Assembly: GCA_049969675.1 (NCBI GenBank)
Contig: JBMFOP010000100.1
Location: forward strand, 1-10,665
Length of the DNA stretch: 10,665 nucleotides
Reading direction: 5' to 3'
Source: Myxococcota bacterium
GTDB lineage: Bacteria > Myxococcota > SpSt-1050
Position 1 is the stretch's first letter. Each line of letters begins with the position of its first letter. Below, piece after piece: positions 1 through 6,627 of this stretch. The notes under the pieces are model-generated. The model was not told where the DNA came from. It saw nothing but the letters and a program-made list of their open reading frames with translations, and searched no databases. A program made the position numbers and the translations under genes.

Positions 1-1
1 C

Positions 2-589
2 GGTCAGGGAGATGATGGTGGAGCAGGTGAAGATGGAGGGGCGGCGGACGGCGATAGCGATCCGGGCAATGGCAACTGGCTGTGGGCCCCTTCCAATGAC
101 CGCGTCATTGCGTATCGTGGCGGGTCCATCCAGGCGTTTCTCCCAGGTTGCCTCAACGGGCAGTTTGCGTCGAATTCGGCGACGGGATGCGCGACCTCTG
201 TATCGTACACGGCTGTGCTTGCTGGGACCAACACCTATTACACCTTCACCTTTGGAAATTCCAGGATTCTCGGTTTGCGTTATGTCTCAAAAGCAAACGC
301 CGGTTCGAGTGTGAAATATTTCCAGATCAATGGTGGCAGTGGTGGAAATCCTGGGCCGGTTAAAATGTGGCTGAGCACATCTGCGACTGCAAGCTATACC
401 GATGCCGCCGCCGTCAATTCCTATTGTGCGGCATCTACATCAATTTCGGCGGCATATCTGTTGACTGGCCCCGGCTATTGTCCCGTTTCGCCCAACACGC
501 GGTACTACCTGTTCATTCAGACGGACGTCACTGGATATAATCCGACCTACCAACTGGTGGATTCGACATCGGACTTCATCGTTCCCTGA
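2..589 (+). CDS. Hypothetical, probably secreted or surface protein (5'-truncated by the window edge)
   Basis: The frame of track ORF 215..589 has no stop back to base 2: GQGDDGGAGEDGGAADGDSDPGNGNWLWAPSNDRVIAYRGGSIQAFLPGCLNGQFASNSATGCATSVSYTAVLAGTNTYY...GYCPVSPNTRYYLFIQTDVTGYNPTYQLVDSTSDFIVP*. It has a Gly/Asp linker, a Ser/Thr/Gly/Tyr-rich body and 4 Cys, and is followed by a terminator hairpin. No family recognised. Confidence 0.75.
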   Translation, partial: GQGDDGGAGEDGGAADGDSDPGNGNWLWAPSNDRVIAYRGGSIQAFLPGCLNGQFASNSATGCATSVSYTAVLAGTNTYYTFTFGNSRILGLRYVSKANAGSSVKYFQINGGSGGNPGPVKMWLSTSATASYTDAAAVNSYCAASTSISAAYLLTGPGYCPVSPNTRYYLFIQTDVTGYNPTYQLVDSTSDFIVP

Positions 590-608
590 AAATTTAGCCA
601 CGCACGTC

Positions 609-636
609 AATGCCCGGCGCTGCCGGGCATTCGTTT
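609..636 (+). terminator. Rho-independent terminator
   Basis: Perfect 10-bp stem AATGCCCGGC (609-618) / GCCGGGCATT (622-631) with a 3-nt loop, followed by CGTTT, about 20 nt after the stop at 589. The U-tract is weak. Confidence 0.7.
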
Positions 637-701
637 GAACCGCCGGCGCGTTTTGCGGTCTGCGGTATCATCATCGGTTTTTCGTGCATTGAGGAGGTTT
701 G

Positions 702-809
702 ATGAGTTCGTCCCTGATTCGTGGTTTGCGGGTTTGGATCGGCGCGGCGGCGCTGGGTGTTGACGGTGGCGACGACGGTATGTCCGATGCCGGCAAAGAA
801 GAGGGATAA
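702..809 (+). other. Short ORF, probably a truncated gene start (35 aa)
   Basis: SD GAGGAGG at 691-697 and ATG at 702 give MSSSLIRGLRVWIGAAALGVDGGDDGMSDAGKEEG*. The N-terminus is signal-peptide-like, and the stop (807-809) lies just past the GC break. Confidence 0.45.
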
Positions 810-971
810 AAGTAGAAGTAACACTTAGGAGGATACCATAAATAAACCAAACTCATAGATTATCTCAAATTGTCCTCCAGTTTAGATTACTATTTTATAC
901 CCTCATCTCTCTCACCGCCCTATAAAATCTATTCTTAGAATATATTTGTAGAATTTATCAAAAACTAAAGC

Positions 972-991
972 GATTCATATGCATATAAATC
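972..991. promoter_or_regulatory. 20-bp imperfect palindrome, candidate operator
   Basis: GATTCATATG|CATATAAATC, 9 of 10 arm positions complementary, in the AT-rich region upstream of the operon. Confidence 0.35.
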
Positions 992-1085
992 CTTCTCTTC
1001 AAAATTAAATATCTAAGAGGTCTAAAATTAAAATTTATTTTGGACAGATGTGGAGTGCATATTATTTTTAAGTATCAATTTTATT

Positions 1086-1113
1086 TTGTATTTTTGTTTA
1101 TATTTAATATAAT
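1086..1113 (+). promoter_or_regulatory. Putative sigma70 promoter of the ligase-tmk-hisS-tlpA-dacB run
   Basis: TTGTAT (1086-1091), 16-nt spacer, TATAAT (1108-1113); SD-like GAGGGAG at 1128-1134 before ATG 1139. The AT-rich context lowers specificity. Confidence 0.5.
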
Positions 1114-1138
1114 GGCTTACCTCATTTGAGGGAGTTGT

Positions 1139-2566
1139 ATGAAATCTCTTCTTCAGCTTATTGTGATGTTCTCTATTGCCATCTGGGCAAGGATACGGGA
1201 GAGGTATTTCTCTAAAGAGAGGATAAAGCGAATTCAGAGGAAGAAATTGTTATCTCTTGTGAGATATGCCTATAAGAAAAGTCCAATGTATAGAAAGTTG
1301 TACGAGAATATAGACATAAACAATTTTGATATTACCTCTCTCCCACCAGTAAATAAGGAATATATCCTGAAGCACCTCTCAGAATCTCTTACTAAAAGGG
1401 GAATCTCTAAAGATGAGATTGTGCTCTTTGCCCATGACCCTGATTCTGTAGGGAAATATTTTAAGAATAAGTATGTCCTATCAACCACTTCGGGGACTAC
1501 AGGTATAATAGGCTATTTCCTGATGAGTCAGTGGCAGTGGATTGTTCAGAAAGGGGTGGAATTTGCAAGATTATTAAAGCACCGACTCTCATTTCACTAT
1601 GTATATAAATATACAGTCAAGACTAAGTTGAGATGGGCGATGATTGTCGCGAGTGAAGGACATTATATTACATACCTGCTCGCAAGACTGACCCCGAAAC
1701 AGGCATTCTATCTCTCCGATATCAGGATATTCTCAATTACAAAACCTATGAATAAGATGGTTCAGGATTTGAATGAATTCAAGCCACATTATGTACATAG
1801 TTATCCTACCTTTCTTGAGGCGCTGGCTTATGAGAAGCTGGCTGGGAGGTTGAATATTGAGGTGGATTTTATGTCATCAGGTAGTGAGCCTTTTAGTGAG
1901 ACTGCAAGGGCGACTATTAAGAAGGCATTTGGGGATGTAGAGATTGTAGAGACATATGGAACTACAGAGGCAATATGTCTGGCAAATCAATGCAGGTTTG
2001 GTAAATTGCATATTAATGAGGATTATGTGATTATTGAGGCAGTTGATGAAGAAAATAAACCTGTTCCAGATGGAGTGACTTCCAAGAAAGTCCTGATTAC
2101 AAATCTGATCAACAAATTTCAACCACTTATCAGATATGAACTCAGGGATTCTGTGGTAATAGACCATAATTATAAATGTGAATGTGGCTCACCATTTGCA
2201 GTGATTGAGGTTCAGGGGAGGAGTGATGATACTTTCTATTTGATGACGAAGGAAGGGCATTTCAGAGCATTTCCTCCTATACCATTTGAGGCTCTCTTTT
2301 TGAAGATAAAGGGTTTGAGACAGTATCAATTAATCCATGAAGAGCAAAATCATCTAATTGCGCGATACATTGCACAGGACCCGAAAGAGAATGAGAGGAT
2401 TGAAAGGGAGATTAGAGAAAGATTTAATGAGTTTTTTAGTAATACGGATGTGGCAGATAATATTACCATTACCATTGAGGAGTCTGGAGAGATTACAAGA
2501 CCTCCCACACACCAGAAGGTACGTCAGATCTTTTCAAAGGTAAAGCCGCCACCGAATATTATATGA
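1139..2566 (+). CDS. Phenylacetate-CoA ligase / coenzyme F390 synthetase-like adenylate-forming enzyme (ANL superfamily)
   Basis: 475 aa with YAYKKSPMYRKLY, TTSGTTG (A3 loop), ETYGTTE, LITNL..QPLIRYELRD, CECG, GRSDD and a C-terminal Lys (HQKVR). The substrate cannot be inferred. Confidence 0.85.
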   Translation: MKSLLQLIVMFSIAIWARIRERYFSKERIKRIQRKKLLSLVRYAYKKSPMYRKLYENIDINNFDITSLPPVNKEYILKHLSESLTKRGISKDEIVLFAHDPDSVGKYFKNKYVLSTTSGTTGIIGYFLMSQWQWIVQKGVEFARLLKHRLSFHYVYKYTVKTKLRWAMIVASEGHYITYLLARLTPKQAFYLSDIRIFSITKPMNKMVQDLNEFKPHYVHSYPTFLEALAYEKLAGRLNIEVDFMSSGSEPFSETARATIKKAFGDVEIVETYGTTEAICLANQCRFGKLHINEDYVIIEAVDEENKPVPDGVTSKKVLITNLINKFQPLIRYELRDSVVIDHNYKCECGSPFAVIEVQGRSDDTFYLMTKEGHFRAFPPIPFEALFLKIKGLRQYQLIHEEQNHLIARYIAQDPKENERIEREIRERFNEFFSNTDVADNITITIEESGEITRPPTHQKVRQIFSKVKPPPNII

Positions 2567-2573
2567 GGGGTGA

Positions 2574-3221
2574 ATGATGAAGAAGAGAGGGTTCTTTCTT
2601 GTGCTTGAAGGGATTGATGGGGCTGGCACAACAACGATTGGAAAGATGCTTGAATCAGAGCTCAGGGCAAAGGGGATAAAGATACATTATACCTTTGAGC
2701 CGACATCGGGGCCCATCGGTTCTATGATTAAGAATATTCTATCCAGGCGAATTGTGATGAACTCAAATGGTGGTTCAGAGGTCATAGACCAGAAATCAGT
2801 TGCGCTACTTTTTGCCGCCGATAGAATTGACCATATCAGAAATGAAATAGAACCACTTCTAAAAAGGGGATATGTGGTTATTTGTGATAGATATAAATAT
2901 TCCTCCTTTGCTTATCAATCGTTATTTGCACCGGATGGCTGGGTACGGGAAATAAACAGATTTGCAATAGAACCCGATCTTCTGTTGTTTCTGGATGTGG
3001 ATGTTAGAACGGGTCTAAAAAGGGTCGGTGTTAGAGGTAATGTAAAGGAGATATATGAAAAGACCGATATCCTGAAGAGAGTTAGGGAAAATTATTTAAA
3101 GGAAGTCAGATTGAATAGATTTGCAAAAATTATTGATGCAAATTCTACAGTGGATGAGGTCTACCTCGCTTCAAGGGAGATTCTCATAAAGAGGCTTAGA
3201 ATATATGGATACAAGATTTAA
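2574..3221 (+). CDS. tmk: Thymidylate (dTMP) kinase
   Basis: FLVLEGIDGAGTTT P-loop (variant), FEPT, LLFAADR, VICDRY..SS.AYQ, PDL..FLDVD. The start could be 2574 or 2577. Confidence 0.93.
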   Translation: MMKKRGFFLVLEGIDGAGTTTIGKMLESELRAKGIKIHYTFEPTSGPIGSMIKNILSRRIVMNSNGGSEVIDQKSVALLFAADRIDHIRNEIEPLLKRGYVVICDRYKYSSFAYQSLFAPDGWVREINRFAIEPDLLLFLDVDVRTGLKRVGVRGNVKEIYEKTDILKRVRENYLKEVRLNRFAKIIDANSTVDEVYLASREILIKRLRIYGYKI

Positions 3222-4497
3222 ATCTATTAAGGGGATGAATGATATCCTACCACCTGAATCAAAAGATTGGCTATCAATTGAAAGTTTATTGCGTCAGCAC
3301 TTCTTCAGAGCCAATTTCAGTGAGATAAGGACACCTATACTTGAATATCTTGAGCTCTTTGTAAGAGGGATAGGAGAGGGGACGGATATAGTTGATAAGG
3401 AGATGTATAGCTTCAGGGATAAGGATAATGAGATGGTAACCCTAAGGCCAGAGGGGACCGCTTCTGTGGTAAGGGCTATAACAGAGCACAATCTCCTGAA
3501 ACAGGAGGGAATTTACAGGCTGTTTTATCTGGGACCTATGTTTAGATATGAGCGCCCACAGAAGGGGAGATTCAGGCAGTTCCATCAGTTTGGGGCTGAG
3601 ATATTTGGGATTGCAGATGGGAGTATAGATGGGGAGTTAATACATCTTGGCTCGTCCTTACTTACAGGGCTTGGAATAAAAGAGTCTGACTTTATAGTAA
3701 AGATAAACTCTCTCGGTTGCACCGCCTGTCGTAAGGGTTTCAGGAGAGAGCTCGTCTCATTCCTGAATAATAAAAAGGAACCGCTCTGTGAGGACTGTAA
3801 GAGGAGGATTGAGGTAAATCCATTAAGGGTTCTGGATTGTAAGAATGAGGTCTGCAAAACTATCACAGCAGATGCACCAAAGATGATAGACCATCTATGT
3901 GAGGGTTGTAAAAAACATCTGGAAGAGGTTCTCTCTGCCCTTAAATCTTTCAATGTGAAATATGAGATAGACCATAGACTGGTGAGAGGGCTGGACTATT
4001 ATAGCCGTACCGCATTTGAGATCCAGATTACAAATAATCTTTTAGGCTCACAGAATACTGTAATTGCTGGTGGAAGATATGATTCGCTTTTTAGAGATTT
4101 TATAGGTTCTGAGTATCCTGCTATTGGATTTGCAGGTGGGATTGAGAGGCTCTTTGAGGTAATAGATAAAAACATACTCAAATCCAACGACGAATTTAAG
4201 ATTAGTTTTATATCCTCAATTCACCTCTTTGATAGAAGGGACCTTAATAATATAAATGTCCTGAGGTCAAATGGTATCTCTGTAGAGATTGACCTCTCAA
4301 ACCGTTCTTATAAAGCCAAATTTAAGAGGGCAGATAGAATCGGTGCCTCTTTTGCTGTTATAAAGGGGGAGGATGAGTTAAACGGTGGTTATTATACAGT
4401 CAAAGACCTGAGACAGTCTATGGATTCTGAGAACAAACAGTTTAGGGTAGATGCCTGTGAGATAATTAATGAGTTATTAAAAAGGAGGAAGGTGTAA
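3205..4497 (+). CDS. hisS: Histidine--tRNA ligase
   Basis: KGMNDILP, EIRTPILE, KEMYSF, LRPEGTA, FRYERPQKGRFRQFHQ, LVRGLDYY, GGRYD, AIGFAGGIERL and a C-terminal anticodon-binding domain. Overlaps tmk by 17 nt. Confidence 0.98.
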   Translation: MDTRFKSIKGMNDILPPESKDWLSIESLLRQHFFRANFSEIRTPILEYLELFVRGIGEGTDIVDKEMYSFRDKDNEMVTLRPEGTASVVRAITEHNLLKQEGIYRLFYLGPMFRYERPQKGRFRQFHQFGAEIFGIADGSIDGELIHLGSSLLTGLGIKESDFIVKINSLGCTACRKGFRRELVSFLNNKKEPLCEDCKRRIEVNPLRVLDCKNEVCKTITADAPKMIDHLCEGCKKHLEEVLSALKSFNVKYEIDHRLVRGLDYYSRTAFEIQITNNLLGSQNTVIAGGRYDSLFRDFIGSEYPAIGFAGGIERLFEVIDKNILKSNDEFKISFISSIHLFDRRDLNNINVLRSNGISVEIDLSNRSYKAKFKRADRIGASFAVIKGEDELNGGYYTVKDLRQSMDSENKQFRVDACEIINELLKRRKV

Positions 4498-5112
4498 ATG
4501 ATAAAAAAGGTATTATTAATATTTCTCTGTGCGACTCTTCTTCTCTCTGCTGGTAATAAACTTGAAGAGGGGATGAGTATACCGAAATTCTTTGTTAGAA
4601 TCTATAATAATAAGAAAAGTGGTATAGAAGTTATCAGGGACAGTGACCTCTTCAATGGGAAGAATAGGGCGGTTGTTATCTCCTTCTTTGCAAGTTATTG
4701 TAAACCCTGTAAGAAGGAGATATTTGTCCTGAATGATTTTTATCAAAAATATAAAGATAAAGGTGTCACAATTATTGAGATTTCTATTGATACGGAGAAG
4801 GATGGTATAGAGTTATTCAAAAAGATAGTTGATGAAACGGATATTGCTATGCCCTGTGTGATTGATACTATGGGCGCTATGTCCAGACGCTTTGGTGTGG
4901 AGAGGCTCCCCGCACTCTTTGTCTTTGACAAATATGGGTATGTGAAGAAGAAGTTTGAGGGATATACAGAGGAGAATGTGAAGGGATTTGAGGAGGTCGT
5001 CCTTGAGTTGATGGGGGATAAGCCAGAGACTTTAGAGAAAAGGGACTCTTTGACAAAAGATGTAAATACATCGGATAAGAAAGAGTTACCGGAGCAGAAG
5101 AAAGACAAATGA
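4498..5112 (+). CDS. TlpA/ResA-like exported thioredoxin-fold disulfide reductase
   Basis: Signal-peptide-like N-terminus, FFASYCKPCKKE (CxxC), FGVERLP (cis-Pro loop) and a charged C-terminal tail. The ATG directly follows the hisS stop. Confidence 0.85.
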   Translation: MIKKVLLIFLCATLLLSAGNKLEEGMSIPKFFVRIYNNKKSGIEVIRDSDLFNGKNRAVVISFFASYCKPCKKEIFVLNDFYQKYKDKGVTIIEISIDTEKDGIELFKKIVDETDIAMPCVIDTMGAMSRRFGVERLPALFVFDKYGYVKKKFEGYTEENVKGFEEVVLELMGDKPETLEKRDSLTKDVNTSDKKELPEQKKDK

Positions 5113-6530
5113 AGAGATTTCTCTGTCTATCCCTTATATTCCTACCTGTGCTCTCATATGCTGAAGTAGATGTTGAATTGGGTAAGAGAATAGGAGAGAT
5201 ACTCTCCCATCCTTTGATTCAGGGGGTTGATATATCTATCTATGCCTATAATATAACTGCCGACAGGGAGGTCTATAGTAAAGACAAGGATAGACAACTC
5301 AATCCAGCCTCAGTTACAAAATTGCTCACATCTGCTGCTGCCATCTACTTTCTGGGTCCATATTATAAATTTCCAACGGAGATATATTTAAAGGAATTTC
5401 CAGATGATGAAGGTGTTGTAAAAGGGGACATTTATTTTAAGGGATATGGAGACCCGCGTCTGGTAAATGAAAATCTCTTTAATATGTTGCTTGAATTGAA
5501 GAGAGAGGGGATAAGTAAGATTGAAGGGAATGTCTATCTGGATAGTACCTTCTTTGATAAGGAGTATTTTAAGCCCGGATGGCAGAAGGATGTGGGAATC
5601 AGGTCGTATTATGCCCCAGTCTCGGCATTTGCAGTGGATTTTAATAGTTTTACTGTATATGTAAAACCATCCTCTCAGGAAGGGGACAGACCAGTGGTAT
5701 TCATTGAACCACCGCTTCAGAAGTATTTTAAGATTAAGAACAATGCCACAACTGATAAGAAGGGAAATACAATTGATGTTGATATTAAACCTATAAAAAG
5801 TGGGTTAGAGGTGATTGTAAAAGGTGTGATAGGTGTCAATCAGAAGGGGAAGAAATTTAACAGGAGGGTGGAGGACCCTGACAGCTACGCCCTTGAGCTT
5901 TTGAAATGGTTCTTTGATATTCATAAGATAAAAGTTAAAGGGAAATTTGCTGTTAAGGAATTGCCCAAAGAAGATGTTAATCTCTTTTATACATATTATT
6001 CTGAGCCTCTGGCAACGGTTTTAAGAGACCTTAATAAGCACTCTAATAATTTTAGTGCGGATCAGCTCTTAAAATATTTGGGGGGTCAGATTTATGGTCC
6101 ACCTGCCACATTTGAGAAGGGGATAAAGGTCATTGATGAATTTATGAGTATTGCAGGTGTTGATAAATCAGAATATCTGATCACAAATGGTTCGGGACTC
6201 TCTCATGAGAACAGGATTACCACCGGGGCGGTCGTTAAGCTCCTCAACTATGTCTATAGGAACTTTCAGATGATGCCTGATTATATCTCCTCACTCTCAA
6301 TCGCATCTGCAGATGGGACAATAAGAAAGAGATTCTTTAATACCCCCTGTGAGCTCAAGACCAGAGCCAAGACTGGAAGTATTGATGGGGTTGCATCCAT
6401 TGCAGGTTATACAGTCAATGCAAATTCAGAAATTATTTCATTTGCAATAATTGCAAATGGCTTTGAACCAAAAAAATATAGAGAGATAACTGAGATATTG
6501 GACTCAATAGTGGTTGAGTTTACCAGATAG
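5109..6530 (+). CDS. dacB: D-alanyl-D-alanine carboxypeptidase/endopeptidase (PBP4, peptidase S13)
   Basis: Signal peptide, PASVTK (SxxK), GYGDP, SNN (SxN), NGSGLS and AKTGS (KTG). ATGA overlap with the upstream gene. Confidence 0.95.
   Translation: MKRFLCLSLIFLPVLSYAEVDVELGKRIGEILSHPLIQGVDISIYAYNITADREVYSKDKDRQLNPASVTKLLTSAAAIYFLGPYYKFPTEIYLKEFPDDEGVVKGDIYFKGYGDPRLVNENLFNMLLELKREGISKIEGNVYLDSTFFDKEYFKPGWQKDVGIRSYYAPVSAFAVDFNSFTVYVKPSSQEGDRPVVFIEPPLQKYFKIKNNATTDKKGNTIDVDIKPIKSGLEVIVKGVIGVNQKGKKFNRRVEDPDSYALELLKWFFDIHKIKVKGKFAVKELPKEDVNLFYTYYSEPLATVLRDLNKHSNNFSADQLLKYLGGQIYGPPATFEKGIKVIDEFMSIAGVDKSEYLITNGSGLSHENRITTGAVVKLLNYVYRNFQMMPDYISSLSIASADGTIRKRFFNTPCELKTRAKTGSIDGVASIAGYTVNANSEIISFAIIANGFEPKKYREITEILDSIVVEFTR
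6439..6459. repeat. Perfect 21-bp palindrome inside the dacB 3' end
   Basis: CATTTGCAAT-A-ATTGCAAATG, 10-bp arms around a 1-nt centre. The palindrome is certain; its function is unknown. Confidence 0.6.
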
Positions 6531-6589
6531 GATGTGTAGGTAATTTCTTTTAGACAAAGCAGGAATTTTGTAGTAGATAGCCAACTCTC

Positions 6590-6604
6590 TGGCACGGTCG
6601 TTGC
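6590..6604 (+). promoter_or_regulatory. Putative sigma54 (RpoN) -24/-12 promoter upstream of valS
   Basis: TGGCACGGTCGTTGC matches TGGCACG-N4-TTGC, with GG (6591-6592) and GC (6603-6604) 10 nt apart. The next base is C rather than A/T. SD GGAGG at 6617-6621, ATG at 6628. Confidence 0.55.
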
Positions 6605-6627
6605 CATCTGGTATGTGGAGGTAAATT

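Noticed and set aside
4..363. Track ORFs 4..234(-), 12..314(+) and 148..363(+)
   Set aside because: They are alternative frames over the longer open frame 2..589, which has protein-like composition and a terminator.
594..856. Minus-strand ORFs 594..824 and 671..856 with hydrophobic starts
   Set aside because: Both span the compositional break and lack a well-spaced SD. The hydrophobic start follows from reading a purine-rich stretch in reverse.
828..878. GGAGGATA / TGTCCTCC pairing resembling a sequestered SD of a type I toxin mRNA
   Set aside because: Neither SD-like arm has a properly spaced start codon leading to a credible ORF.
3718..3909. Cys-rich insertion in HisRS as a novelty
   Set aside because: The CxxC...LCxDC...DCK...C...LCxxC pattern is common in this class of bacterial HisRS.
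6551..6579. Sigma70 promoter TAGACA-N17-TAGATA before valS
   Set aside because: The -10 lacks the conserved final T. Too weak to call, though not excluded.
6531..6627. T-box or attenuator leader for valS
   Set aside because: Only 97 nt long, with no T-box GGTGGNACCGCG motif, no terminator and no Val-rich leader peptide.
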